From Anaeromyxobacteraceae bacterium (lineage in GTDB: Bacteria; Myxococcota; Myxococcia; Myxococcales; Anaeromyxobacteraceae), in assembly GCA_047602405.1 (NCBI GenBank), contig JASGHJ010000002.1:2656001-2720000 (forward strand): DNA of 64,000 nt. The letters run 5' to 3'. How positions within the stretch are numbered: position 1 is the first letter of the stretch; every line of letters starts with the position of its first letter. Positions 20,742 to 35,000 of this stretch are shown piece after piece. Made by a program: the position numbers and the translations under genes. Below the pieces are notes generated by a model. It worked only from the letters and a program-made list of their open reading frames with translations. It ran no database searches and was not told the origin of the DNA.

Positions 20742-22721
20742 ATGCGCGTCCCGCACCTCGTCCGGCCCGCCCTCCTCCTCTGCCTGCTCCTGCCCACCCT
20801 CGCCGCGGCGCGCGAGCGCGGCGAGCTCACGATCCTCAGCTACCACGAGATCACCGACAAGCAGGACGCCCTCGCGCCCGCCTACACCGTCACGCCCACG
20901 AACTTCCTGCGCCAGATCGACTGGCTCAGGAACCACGGGTACCGGTTCGTCAGCGTCGACGACGTCATCGCGAACCGGGCCGGGAAGCGCGACCTCCCGG
21001 ACAAGGCGGTCCTCGTCACGTTCGACGACGCGTACCAGTCGATGTACGTGCACGCGTGGCCGGTGCTGAAGATGTTCCGCATCCCGGCCGTCGTGAGCGT
21101 CGTGGGCAGCTGGCTCGAGCAGCGGGACACCATCGACGTGGACGGCAAGATCCGGCCGCGCTCGGTCATGCTGTCGTGGGACGCCATCAAGGAGATGTCG
21201 GCGAGCGGGCTCGTCGAGATCGGCAGCCACTCGTGGGACCTGCACCGCGGCCTCGTCGCGAACCCGCAGGGCAACACCCAGCCCGCCGCCACCGCCCGCC
21301 GCTACCTCCCGGAGAAGAAGCGGTACGAGGACGAGGGCGCCTACCGCGCGCGCATCGAGGCCGACCTCGCGAGGAGCACGGCCGAGGTCACCCGCCGCAC
21401 CGGCAGGTCGCCGCGGGTCATCGCCTGGCCCTACGGGCGCTTCAACGCGACCACGATGTCGATCGCCGAGAAGCTCGGCTACCGGGTCGGGCTCACGCTG
21501 GAGGACGGCGCGAACTGGCCCGACACCCCGCTCCTCGCGCTGCGCCGGCTGATCGTCACCGCCGAGCTCACCCTCCCGGCCTTCCAGAAGGAGCTCGAGT
21601 ACCGCGAGGAGGACCTCACCGACGAGGACCGCCCGCAGTCGATCGCCCACGTCGACCTCGACGCCATCTACGACGACGATCCGGCGCAGATCGAGCGGAA
21701 CCTGTCGCACCTCCTCGACCGGCTCCAGTGGCTCAACGTCAACGCGGTCTACCTGCAGGCCTTCGCCGATCCGGACGCGAACGGCTCGGCCGACGCGGTC
21801 TACTTCCCCTGCCGCCGGCTCCCCACCCGCGCCGACCTCTTCAACCGGGTGGCCTGGCAGATCCGCACCCGCACGCAGGTGCGCCGCCTCTACGCCTGGA
21901 TGCCGGCGCTCGCCTTCGAGCTGCCGGCGAGCGACCCCGCGGCGAAGGAGGTCGTGACCGCGCTGCCCGCCGCGCCGGGCGAGACCGCCGGCCGCGTCGA
22001 CATGGGCTACCGGCGGCTCTCGCCGTTCTCGCCCAAGGCCCGCCAGGCGATCAAGGAGATTTACGAGGACCTCGCCCGCTCGGCGTCGTTCGAGGGGCTC
22101 CTCTTCCACGACGACCTCACGCTCTCCGACCGCGAGGACGCGAGCCCGCTCGCGCTCGAGACCTACCGGAGCTGGGGCCTGCCGGGGACCATCCAGGAGA
22201 TCCGCAAGACCGACGACCTCGTCGGCCGCTGGACCATCTTCAAGATCAACGCGCTCGACGACTTCGCGATGGAGCTCGCCGCGATCGTGCGCGCCGGGCA
22301 GCCCGGCCTCGTGGTCGCCCGGAACCTCTACTCCCGGGTGGTCCTCCAGCCGCGCGCCGAGGTCTGGTACGCGCAGTCGCTCGACAACTCGCTCGCCCGC
22401 TACGACTTCACCGCGATCATGGCGATGCCGTACATGGAGAACGCCCCGGACCCGGGCGCCTACTTCCGGGACCTCGTCGCCGAGGTGAAGATCCGGCGCG
22501 CCATGAAGAAGGTGATCTTCGAGCTCCAGGCGGTGGACTGGCGCGAGGACTCGAAGCCCATCCCCTCGAACGAGCTCGCCGAGACCATCCGCACGCTCTT
22601 CGACCTCGGCGTCGTGCACGTCGGCTACTACCCCGACTCGCCGTTCATCAACCACCCCGACCCGGCGATCATCCGGCGCGTGCTCTCGCAGCGCCCCATC
22701 CCGCCGACCCCCGCCAAGTAG
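20742..22721 (+). CDS. pgaB: Poly-beta-1,6-GlcNAc N-deacetylase/GH153 hydrolase
   Basis: LSYHEI, TFDDAY, SHSWDLH, WPYG, HVDLD, VYLQAFADPD, FHDD, MAMPYME; start could be 20730. Confidence 0.93.
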   Translation: MRVPHLVRPALLLCLLLPTLAAARERGELTILSYHEITDKQDALAPAYTVTPTNFLRQIDWLRNHGYRFVSVDDVIANRAGKRDLPDKAVLVTFDDAYQSMYVHAWPVLKMFRIPAVVSVVGSWLEQRDTIDVDGKIRPRSVMLSWDAIKEMSASGLVEIGSHSWDLHRGLVANPQGNTQPAATARRYLPEKKRYEDEGAYRARIEADLARSTAEVTRRTGRSPRVIAWPYGRFNATTMSIAEKLGYRVGLTLEDGANWPDTPLLALRRLIVTAELTLPAFQKELEYREEDLTDEDRPQSIAHVDLDAIYDDDPAQIERNLSHLLDRLQWLNVNAVYLQAFADPDANGSADAVYFPCRRLPTRADLFNRVAWQIRTRTQVRRLYAWMPALAFELPASDPAAKEVVTALPAAPGETAGRVDMGYRRLSPFSPKARQAIKEIYEDLARSASFEGLLFHDDLTLSDREDASPLALETYRSWGLPGTIQEIRKTDDLVGRWTIFKINALDDFAMELAAIVRAGQPGLVVARNLYSRVVLQPRAEVWYAQSLDNSLARYDFTAIMAMPYMENAPDPGAYFRDLVAEVKIRRAMKKVIFELQAVDWREDSKPIPSNELAETIRTLFDLGVVHVGYYPDSPFINHPDPAIIRRVLSQRPIPPTPAK

Positions 22722-22731
22722 AGGCACCGCC

Positions 22732-23994
22732 TTGGACGCCCTCGCCGCCGCGTGGCAGGCCCTGCTCTCCTTCGTCTTCTGGTACCCGCTGGCGATGTCC
22801 GGGGTCTGGATGGTGGGGGCCGCCATCTTCTGGTGGCGCGACGAGCGCGAGCAGCCGCGCTTCGACGAGCCGGTCCCGCTCGCGAACACGCCGCCGATCT
22901 CGGTCCTGATCCCCTGCTTCAACGAGGAGGAGAACGCCGAGGAGACCATCACCCACGCGCTCGCCCTCGACTACCCCGAGTTCGAGGTCATCGCCGTGAA
23001 CGACGGCAGCCGCGACCGCACCGCGGAGGTGCTGGAGCGGCTCGCCGCGCAGCACCCGCGCCTGCGCGTCATCCACCTCGCCGAGAACCAGGGCAAGGCG
23101 ATGGCGCTGCGCACCGGGACGCTGCTCGCGCGCCACGAGCTCCTCGTCTGCATCGACGGCGACGCGCTCCTCGACCGGCACGCCGCCCACTGGCTCGTGC
23201 GGCACTTCGTCGAGGAGGAGACGGTCGCGGCGGTCACCGGCAACCCGCGCATCCGCAACCGCTCCACGATCCTGGGCCGGGTGCAGGTCGGCGAGTTCTC
23301 GTGCATCGTCGGCACCATCAAGCGCGCCCAGCGGACCTTCGGGCGCATCTTCACCGTGTCCGGCGTCATCACCGCGTTCCGCCGGTCGGCGGTGCACCAG
23401 GTCGACTACTGGAGCACCGACGTCCTCACCGAGGACATCGACATCACCTGGAAGCTCTACCGGGCGGGCTGGGACGTGCGCTTCGAGCCGCGCGCGCTGA
23501 CCTGGATCCTCATGCCCGAGACGCTGCGCGGGCTCTGGAAGCAGCGCCTGCGCTGGGCCATGGGCGGCGCGCAGACCTTCCTCAAGAACGTCGACGCCTG
23601 GGTGCAGCCGGCCCAGCGGCTGCTCTGGCCGCTGCTCCTCGAGAACCTGCTCAGCGCCGCGTGGGCCTACGCGATGCTGCTCCTCTTCCTCGCGTGGCTC
23701 GTCGGGCTGGTCCTGCCGCACGGCACCCTCCCCACGGTGAGCTCGCCGCTCGTCCCACAATCCGGGGGCGTCCTCCTGTCCCTGGTCTGCCTCCTCCAGT
23801 TCGCCTTCTCGACCGGGCTCGATGCGCGCTACGACCGCGGGTTGGCGAAGACCCTCTTCTGGATGATCTGGTACCCCGTCGCCTTCTGGATGATCGGGTG
23901 CATGACCACGATCGCGGCCTATCCACGCGTGATCGCTAGAGGAAGAGGCGCCCGGGCCCGCTGGGTCAGCCCGGACCGCGGCATCCGTCCTTGA
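22732..23994 (+). CDS. pgaC: Poly-beta-1,6-GlcNAc synthase (GT2)
   Basis: NDGS, CIDGD, TEDID, QRLRW, WVSPDRG; TTG start. Confidence 0.95.
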   Translation: MDALAAAWQALLSFVFWYPLAMSGVWMVGAAIFWWRDEREQPRFDEPVPLANTPPISVLIPCFNEEENAEETITHALALDYPEFEVIAVNDGSRDRTAEVLERLAAQHPRLRVIHLAENQGKAMALRTGTLLARHELLVCIDGDALLDRHAAHWLVRHFVEEETVAAVTGNPRIRNRSTILGRVQVGEFSCIVGTIKRAQRTFGRIFTVSGVITAFRRSAVHQVDYWSTDVLTEDIDITWKLYRAGWDVRFEPRALTWILMPETLRGLWKQRLRWAMGGAQTFLKNVDAWVQPAQRLLWPLLLENLLSAAWAYAMLLLFLAWLVGLVLPHGTLPTVSSPLVPQSGGVLLSLVCLLQFAFSTGLDARYDRGLAKTLFWMIWYPVAFWMIGCMTTIAAYPRVIARGRGARARWVSPDRGIRP

Positions 23995-24102
23995 ATGCGC
24001 CTGCCCCCTCCCGCGTCAAGCTGGACGGGAAACGTTCGATCAGGTAAACCGCGCGCTCGCCTGGGTCGTCGCCTTGGGGGGTGCCGGCCAGGATGGAGAC
24101 CC

Positions 24103-24549
24103 ATGAAGTCGTCGTTGATCATCGAGGCCAGCGACCGCCTGGCCTGGCACAAGCGCCTCGCGTCCGAGGCGTCCACCGCTGCCCTCTGGGGCGGCTGGCT
24201 CTGGCTCTGGGCCCCGCTGCTCAAGGGCGCGAGCTCCCTCGCGATGCTCGGGCCGCAGCTCTCGCCGTCCTTCATGAAGGCGCTCCCCGCCGCGGCGGGC
24301 AACCTGCCGCTCTCCCTCGCCGCCATCGCCGGCACGTCCGGCACGCTCATGGCGTGGCACAAGCTGCCCCGCCAGCGCGCACAGGCGCCCGAGAGCCTCC
24401 CGGTCGCCGAGTACGCCCGGCGGTTCGAGGTGTCCGAGCGCGTGATCGAGGAGGGCCGCGAGGCCTCGATCTGCGTCGTCCACCACGACGCCGAGGGCCG
24501 CATCTCGCGCGTCGAGTGCCGCGCTCCGGCCGCGCAGGCCGCCGCCTAG
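24103..24549 (+). CDS. pgaD: PgaD-like membrane partner
   Basis: Follows pgaC; LII start, two TM segments, C-terminal VVHHDAEGRI. Confidence 0.75.
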   Translation: MKSSLIIEASDRLAWHKRLASEASTAALWGGWLWLWAPLLKGASSLAMLGPQLSPSFMKALPAAAGNLPLSLAAIAGTSGTLMAWHKLPRQRAQAPESLPVAEYARRFEVSERVIEEGREASICVVHHDAEGRISRVECRAPAAQAAA

Positions 24550-24557
24550 CGGCGCCG

Positions 24558-27125
24558 CTGACGCGGCGAGGCGCGCGCACGGCCGCCCCCTCGAGAGCCT
24601 TCACGCTCCTCACCGCCGCCCTCGCGGTCGCGGTCGCGCTGCCCGCGCGCGGCGCGGAGGAGCGCGCGCTCTCGCAGAGCATCCGCGAGCGGTGGACCTA
24701 CCGCGACGGCCTGCCCCACAACACCGCGCACCGCCTGCTCGCGGCGCGCACCGGGTACCTCTGGATCGGCACGCAGGAGGGGCTCGTCCGGTTCGACGGC
24801 GTGCGCTTCCACGTCCACGCGGTCGAGGACACCCCGGGGCTCGCCGGCAACGAGATCTCCGCCCTGCTCGAGGTCGGCGACACCCTCTGGATCGGCACCG
24901 GCCGCGGCCTCTCCCGCCTCGACGGCGACGCCTTCACGACGGTCGCGCTCGGCGCGGACGCGGCGGTGACCGACCTCGCCCCGGACGGCGAGGGCGGGGT
25001 GTGGGTGGCCACCGAGGCCCACGGCGTGCGCCGGGTGAACGCCGCCGGCGCCGCGACGACCGGGGAGCTCGCGGGGCTGGCCCGGCAGCGCGTGCTGGCG
25101 CTCGCGCGGGTGGGCGAGGCGCTCTGGATCGGCGGCACCCAGGGGCTGGCGCGCCTCGAGGGCGGGCGCCTCGAGCACCTCGGGTGGGCGGCGATCCCGG
25201 ACGCCCCGGTGGTGCGGATCGTCGGGACCCGGGACGGGTCGCTGTGGGTCGGCACCGCCGCCGGGCTCGCCCGCCGCCGGCCGGGCGCGGCGGCCTTCGA
25301 GCGGGTGCCGCTCGCCGGCGCGCCCGGGTTCGTGGGCGGCATCCTCGAGGACCGCACCGGCGCCGTCTGGCTCGGCGGCGAGGGCGCGCGCGTGCAGCGC
25401 CTCTCCGGCGATCACCTCGAGGCCCTCGCCGGCCGGCGCGTCCCCGAGAGCGTGCAGGCGATGGTGGAGGACGCGAACGGCGATCTCTGGTTCGGCAGCG
25501 AGTCGGGCGGCCTCTACCGGTGGCGCTGGGGCCAGGCGCTCACCATCGCGACCGAGGAGGGGCTGGCACACGACGTGGTGTGGGCGGTCCACGGCTCGCG
25601 CGACGGCGGGATGTGGGTCGTGAGCGACGCCGGGCTCGACCTCGTGACCGACGGTCGGCCCCGCCGCGCCCACGCGAAGGAGCTCGGCAAGGAGAGCCTG
25701 GGCGGCCTCCTCGAGGATCGCGCCGGACGGCTCTGGGTCGGCACGCCGACGACCATCTGGCGCTTCGGCCCCGGCGGCGCCGCCCGGTTCGGGACGGAGC
25801 GCGGCCTCGCCGGCGCGCTCACCCGCGCCCTCCACGAGGACGCGCGGGGCACGATCTGGGCGGGCACCGCGCACGGCGTCTACCGGCTCGAGGGCGAGCG
25901 CTTCCGGGCCGTCGAGTCCGACCCGCGGCTCGCGGGCGACCGCGTGAACGCGTTCGCGGAGCTGCCCGACGGCGGCCTGTGGGTCGGGACCACGACCGGC
26001 CTCGCCCGCGTCGAGGGCGACCGGCTCGTCCCGCCTCCCCTCCCCGACCCGTCCCAGGTCCGCGGCGACGTGACCGCGCTCCGCGCCGACGCCGACGGGA
26101 CGCTCTGGATCGGCACGCTCGGCGATGGGCTCCTGCGGCTCCTGGGCGGGCGCGTGCAGCGCTTCACGCGGCGGGAGGGGCTGCCCGAGGACACCGTCTA
26201 CGCGATCCTCGACGACGGCGCCGGGCACCTCTGGCTCTCCGGCTCCCACGGGATTGTCCGCGTCTCGCGCGCGGAGCTCGGCGACGTCGCCGACGGGCGG
26301 CGCCGCTCCGTCGCCCCGATGACCTTCGGCACGGCCGACGGGATGCGCGAGCGGGAGTGCAACGGCGGGGTGTCGCCGGCGGCGTGGCGCGCCGACGACG
26401 GGCGCCTGTGGTTCGCGACCATCCACGGCGCGGTGGCGCTCGATCCGGCGCGCGTCGAGGCGAACCCGCGACCGCCCCCGGTCCGGGTGGAGGAGCTCGT
26501 CGCCGACGCCCGGGTGCTGTCGCCCGCCGCCGGGCGCTCCCTGCCGGCCGGCACCCGCCGCCTGGAGGTGCGCTACACCGGCCTCGACCTCTCCGCGGCG
26601 GACCGCCTCCGCTTCCGCCACCGCCTGGTCGGGCTCGACGACGGGTTCGTCGACGTCCGGGCCGAGCGCGTCGCCCACTACACGAACCTCGGCCCCGGCC
26701 GCTACACCTTCGAGGTCATGGCCGCGAACGGCTCCGGCGCGTTCGGGGCACCCGCCACGCTCGCCTTCGAGATCGAGCCGCACCTCTGGCAGACGCGGGC
26801 GTTCGGGGTCTCGCTCGTCGCGCTCCTCGTCGCGCTCATCGTCATCGGGCCCCTCCTGCGGATCCGCGCCCTGCGGCGGCAGGAGGCCGCGCTCGCCGCG
26901 CGCGTCGAGGAGGAGGTGCAGCGGGTCAGGATCCTCCGCGGCCTGCTCCCCACCTGCGCCTGGTGCAGCAAGATCCGCGACGAGGCGGGGAACTGGCAGC
27001 AGTTCGAGGCCTACGTGAGCGCCCGCGCCGACGTGACGTTCACGCACGGCATGTGCCCCGAGTGCTTCGCGCGGCACGGCGGCCAGCTCGACCTGCCCGA
27101 CACCGACGGGCGCCGGGGCCCTTAG
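24558..27125 (+). CDS. Ligand-binding beta-propeller (Reg_prop) plus Y_Y_Y sensor with TM and short C-terminal Cys motif; no kinase domain; start uncertain
   Basis: Repeated GxLWIGT blades, YTNLGPGRYTFEV, TM, LLPTCAWCSKIRD..THGMCPEC; first plausible in-frame start is CTG 24558. Confidence 0.8.
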   Translation: MTRRGARTAAPSRAFTLLTAALAVAVALPARGAEERALSQSIRERWTYRDGLPHNTAHRLLAARTGYLWIGTQEGLVRFDGVRFHVHAVEDTPGLAGNEISALLEVGDTLWIGTGRGLSRLDGDAFTTVALGADAAVTDLAPDGEGGVWVATEAHGVRRVNAAGAATTGELAGLARQRVLALARVGEALWIGGTQGLARLEGGRLEHLGWAAIPDAPVVRIVGTRDGSLWVGTAAGLARRRPGAAAFERVPLAGAPGFVGGILEDRTGAVWLGGEGARVQRLSGDHLEALAGRRVPESVQAMVEDANGDLWFGSESGGLYRWRWGQALTIATEEGLAHDVVWAVHGSRDGGMWVVSDAGLDLVTDGRPRRAHAKELGKESLGGLLEDRAGRLWVGTPTTIWRFGPGGAARFGTERGLAGALTRALHEDARGTIWAGTAHGVYRLEGERFRAVESDPRLAGDRVNAFAELPDGGLWVGTTTGLARVEGDRLVPPPLPDPSQVRGDVTALRADADGTLWIGTLGDGLLRLLGGRVQRFTRREGLPEDTVYAILDDGAGHLWLSGSHGIVRVSRAELGDVADGRRRSVAPMTFGTADGMRERECNGGVSPAAWRADDGRLWFATIHGAVALDPARVEANPRPPPVRVEELVADARVLSPAAGRSLPAGTRRLEVRYTGLDLSAADRLRFRHRLVGLDDGFVDVRAERVAHYTNLGPGRYTFEVMAANGSGAFGAPATLAFEIEPHLWQTRAFGVSLVALLVALIVIGPLLRIRALRRQEAALAARVEEEVQRVRILRGLLPTCAWCSKIRDEAGNWQQFEAYVSARADVTFTHGMCPECFARHGGQLDLPDTDGRRGP

Positions 27126-27907
27126 GGCAGCACCCGGAAGGCGTAGCGGAGCGGCACGTCGCCGGCGTCGCCCTCGAGCGTCACGAGGTAGTCGTCCGCG
27201 GCGAGGCGCGCGGCGGGCACCGTCAGCACCGCCACCGCGCGCGGCGAGGTGCCCGGGCGCGCCGGCCCGGAGGCGACGGCCTCGCCGCCGGCCGTGCGGA
27301 GCTCGAAGCGCAGCGCGCCGCGCGGCGCGACCTCGCCCTCGAGGCGGAGCTCGACGTCGTCCGCGCCCGGCGGGAGCCGGAGCGCGGGGAGCCCGCCGGC
27401 GCCGCGCAGGCGCAGCGGCGACACCGCGAAGGCGACCACGACCGGCGCGGGGCGCGGCGCGGCGTGGGGCGGGACCGCCGGGGCGGCCGCCGTGACCGCG
27501 GGCGACGGGGCGGGGCGGGGCGCGACGCCGCCGCGGACGAGCCAGACGCCTGCGGTCACCGCCGAGAGGACGGCGGCGGCCGCGAGCGCCGCGCCCAGCC
27601 TCGGGCGCGAACGCCTCCGGGGCGCCTCCGGCGCGCGCGCCGCCGCCGCGCGCACGAGCGCGCGGGCGACCGCGACCCGCGCGCGGTGGGCCGCGGACGC
27701 GAGGTAGTGCCCCTCGAACGCGCGCAGGTCCTCCCCCTCGAGCAGGCCCGCCGCGTAGTCGTCCACGAGGTCGGTCTCGGCCTCCCGGATCCGCTCGACG
27801 AGCTCCGGGTCGGCCACGTAGCCCGCCTCGAGCGCCTCGGCCTCCGGCCCGGGCAGCTCGCCGAGGAGGTACCGTCTCAACTTCCCGTCCGTGTGGCCTT
27901 CGAGCAT
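27122..27907 (-). CDS. Putative membrane-anchored anti-sigma factor
   Basis: LRRYLLGEL..LVDDYAAGLL..FEGHYL, single TM, extracytoplasmic beta domain; directly downstream of an ECF gene. Confidence 0.7.
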   Translation of the reverse strand: MLEGHTDGKLRRYLLGELPGPEAEALEAGYVADPELVERIREAETDLVDDYAAGLLEGEDLRAFEGHYLASAAHRARVAVARALVRAAAARAPEAPRRRSRPRLGAALAAAAVLSAVTAGVWLVRGGVAPRPAPSPAVTAAAPAVPPHAAPRPAPVVVAFAVSPLRLRGAGGLPALRLPPGADDVELRLEGEVAPRGALRFELRTAGGEAVASGPARPGTSPRAVAVLTVPAARLAADDYLVTLEGDAGDVPLRYAFRVLP

Positions 27908-27923
27908 CGCGGAGAGGCTCCCC

Positions 27924-28529
27924 TCACCCCTGACCCGGCGGGCCGATCCGTGTCGGTCGATCGTCGCCCGCCGCGGCGCACCCCAGCACGCAGCGCTCGA
28001 GGCCGTCCCGGAGGCGCTGGACGCGGCTGCGCAGCGCACCCTCGCTCACCCCGAGCTCGCGGGCGAGGTCCACCCGACGGTCGATCCGCGCCTGCCCCCT
28101 CCCCTCGTAGTACCGCAAGAGGAGGCTCTGGCTCTCCGGCGCGAGGCGGGAGAGGCACCCCTCCAGGCACGGCAACCACGGCCCCTCGTCGTCGACGCCC
28201 GCCGGGCCGCGCAGCGCGTCGAGCGCGCCCTCCTCGACCTGCACGGTCCTGCTCGCCCCGGGCGAGCGGCGCGCCTCCTGCAGCACGTGGCGCGCGATGC
28301 CGAGCGCGAAGCCGCGGACGTCCTCGACGTCGGCGCCGTGCTCGAGCCGCGCCGCGAGCCGATCGAGCGCCTCGTCGGCGTGCTCGTCGGGCGAGGGCGC
28401 GCCGCGCCACTCGAAGAAGCGCACGAGGGCCGCCCGGAGCGCCTCGTAGGCCGCCGGCGCGCGGCGCTCGTCCGCGTCGAGGCGGGCGAGCACCCGGGCG
28501 AAGCCCACCGACGTGAGGGCGCGGCGCAT
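27924..28529 (-). CDS. ECF-type sigma factor
   Basis: YEALRAALVRFF..DEHADEALDR..FALGIARHV; CLEGCLSRL..LARELGVSEGALRSRVQRLR. Confidence 0.8.
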   Translation of the reverse strand: MRRALTSVGFARVLARLDADERRAPAAYEALRAALVRFFEWRGAPSPDEHADEALDRLAARLEHGADVEDVRGFALGIARHVLQEARRSPGASRTVQVEEGALDALRGPAGVDDEGPWLPCLEGCLSRLAPESQSLLLRYYEGRGQARIDRRVDLARELGVSEGALRSRVQRLRDGLERCVLGCAAAGDDRPTRIGPPGQG

Positions 28530-28622
28530 TTCTCCGATTCTCCTGCGAATTCGCGCCGGCTTCGCCGGGCCTCCCCCATCTGTGACGTGCGGTCGGCCCC
28601 CTGCGGAAACGACGCTTCTCCG

Positions 28623-31949
<3,327 letters not shown>

Positions 31950-32036
31950 GCGCCCTCTCGGGGGTGGAGCGCAGCCCGGGTTGCTCGAGGTGCGCCTCAC
32001 GGTAAAGGTCCCTGGACACCCCGGAGGTCCTCCAGC

Positions 32037-35000
32037 ATGGCTCGCCTCTCCCGCCTCGCCGCCCCCGCGGCGCTCGCGCTGCTCGCCGCGTGCTCGCCCG
32101 ACTCCGGCACGAAGCCCGGCCCCGAGGCCGACCGCACGGCGCCGACCACGCCGCAGGGGCTCACCGCGCAGGCGCCGACCCCGAACCGGGTGGTGACGAC
32201 CTGGACACCCTCGACGGACGCGGCGAGCGGGGTGGGCGGCTACCTCGTCTTCCGGGACGGCGCGCTCGTGGCGACGACCGCGGTCACCACCTACCAGGAC
32301 GACGGGCTCACCCCCGCGACGGCCTACCAGTACACCGTGAAGGCGTTCGACCAGGCGGTGCCGCCCAACACCTCGGCCGCGTCGGCGCCGGCGGACGTGA
32401 CGACGCCGCCCCTGCCCGACACGACGCCGCCCTCGGTGCCGCAGGACGTCGTCGCGGTGGCGGCGTCCCACGCGAAGGTGAACGTCACGTGGTCGCCCTC
32501 CACCGACACCGGGGGCGCGGGGCTCGCCGGCTACGAGGTCCGGCGGGACGGGGCGCTCGTCGCGACCGTCGGCCCGGGCGCGGTGAGCTGGGCGGACCTC
32601 ACCGTCCAGCCCGCCACGACCTACGCGTACACCGTGCGCGCATTCGACGCCGCGGCGCCCGCGAACGCCTCGGCCGACTCGATCGCGGCCGGCGTGACCA
32701 CGCCGGCGGCGCCGGACCTGACCCCGCCGACCGTGCCGGCCGACCTCCTCGCCCACGCGAGCGCGCCCACCCGGATCCTCGTGACCTGGACGGCGTCCAC
32801 CGACGCGGGCGGCGCGGGCCTCGACGGCTACGAGCTGCGCCGGGACGGCGCCCTCGTCGCGACGCTCGGCGCCGGCGCGGTGAGCTACGAGGACCTCGAG
32901 GTCCAGCCCGCCACGACCTACGTCTACCGGCTCCGCGCCTTCGACGCGGCGCTGCCGCGGAACGTGTCCGCCGACTCCGCGCCCGCGAGCGCCACCACCC
33001 CCGCGGTGCCGGACACGACGCCGCCGACGGTCCCGCAGGACGTCGTCGCGACCGCCACCTCGCACGCGCGCGTGGTCGTGACCTGGGCGGCCTCCACCGA
33101 CGCGGGCGCAGGGCTCGGCGGCTACGAGGTGACCCGCGGCGACGGCGTGAAGACCACCCTCGGCCCCGGCGTCACGTCCCACGAGGACCTCGGCGTCCTT
33201 CCCCAGACGGCCTACACCTACGTCGTCCGCGCGTTCGACCTCGCCGCGCCGGCCAACGTCTCCGCCCCCTCCTCGCCGCCGGCGAGCGTCACCACCCCGG
33301 CCGCCCCCGATCTCACGCCGCCCTCCGTGCCCTCGAGCGTGGTCGCGACCGCGCTCTCCCCGACGCGGGTCGTGGTGAGCTGGAGCGCCTCGACCGATCC
33401 CTCCGGCGTCGCGTCGTACGACGTCCGGCGCGACGGGGTGGTGGTGGGCTCGGTCTCCGCCCCCGCCGCGAGCTACCAGGACGACACCGTCGCCCCGGCC
33501 ACGACCTACGCGTACGCCGTCCGCGCGGTGGACGCCTCGCCCGCCGCGAACGCGTCCGCCTACTCCTCGCCCGCGGCGGGCGTCACGACGCCCGCGGCGA
33601 CCTCGCCGACCGGCCTCGACACCCGGCCGTCGAACACGACCTGCCTCGCCCCGGCCCGGCCGACGCCCTCGACCGGCCTCGACCGCACCGACGCCTACCC
33701 GGGCGCGCCGGCCTTCGCGTTCCCCGTGAAGGCCCTGCAGGCGCCGGGCGACGGCTCCCGCTGGTTCGTCGTCGAGCAGGGCGGCAAGGTCTGGTCCTTC
33801 CCGAACTCGCCCTCGGCCACCACCCGGACCCTCTTCGCCGACGTCAGCGACCGGGTCGTGTGGGGCGGCGAGCTCGGGCTCCTCGGGATGGCCTTCCACC
33901 CGCAGTGGCCGGCCGTACCGGACGTGTTCCTGCTCTACACGCGGGCGAACCCGTACCGCACCTTCCTCTCGAGGTTCCACACCTCGGACGGCGGCCTCTC
34001 CATCGACTCCTCCGCCGCGGGCGAGCAGCCGGTCCTCGTCGTCGACCAGCCGAGCGACACCCACAAGGCGGGCGACCTCGCCTTCGGCCCGGACGGCTAC
34101 CTCTACGCGTCGCTCGGCGACGGCGGCGGCGAGTTCGACACCTACGGCAACGGCCAGAACCTCGGCACGCACCTCGCGAAGGTCCTGCGCCTCGACGTGA
34201 CCGGCACCGGCGCCGGCTACGCGATCCCCGCCGACAACCCGTTCGCCGGCCCGGGGGTGGCAGAGTGCCCGTCGGCGGGCCGCTCCGCCGCGCAGCCCTG
34301 CCCGGAGATCTACGCGTTCGGGTTCCGCAACCCGTGGCGCTTCTCCTTCGACCGGGCGACCGGCGACCTGTGGACCGGCGACGTGGGGGAGAACAGCTGG
34401 GAGGAGGTCGACCTCGTCGAGAAGGGCCAGAACTACGGCTGGCCGGTGCGGGAGGGCATGCACTGCGGGCGGGACTACCCCGCGTGCCCGTCGCCGGGCA
34501 CGATGCTGAACGGGGGCCTCCTCACCGATCCGGAGGCGGAGTTCGCCCACGTCCTCCCGGGCCCGTACGCCGTCACCGGCGGCCACGTCTACCGGGGCTC
34601 GAAGATCCCCGCCCTCGCGGGCCGCTACGTCTTCGCCGACTTCGGCAACGGCGACGTGTACGCGCACGATCCGGGCGTGGCGGGCTCGAACACCTACCTC
34701 TTCCACGCGGGCTTCGCGATCTCCGCCATGGCCGAGGACACGGCGGGCGAGCTCTACCTCCTCGACTTCGGCGCGGGGCGGCTCTACCGCATCGACCCCA
34801 TCGGCCAGGGCGTCGACACGGTGCCCGCCGACCTCGCCCTGGCGTGCCCGAGCGCGGTCGACCCCGACGGCCCCGGCTCGGTGCTCGTGCCCTACGCCCT
34901 CGAGGCGCCGTTCTGGTCGGACGGCGCCGTGAAGCAGCGCTGGATCGCGATGCCCGACGGGACCCAGGCCACCGTCACCGCCACGAACGATCTCGACTTC

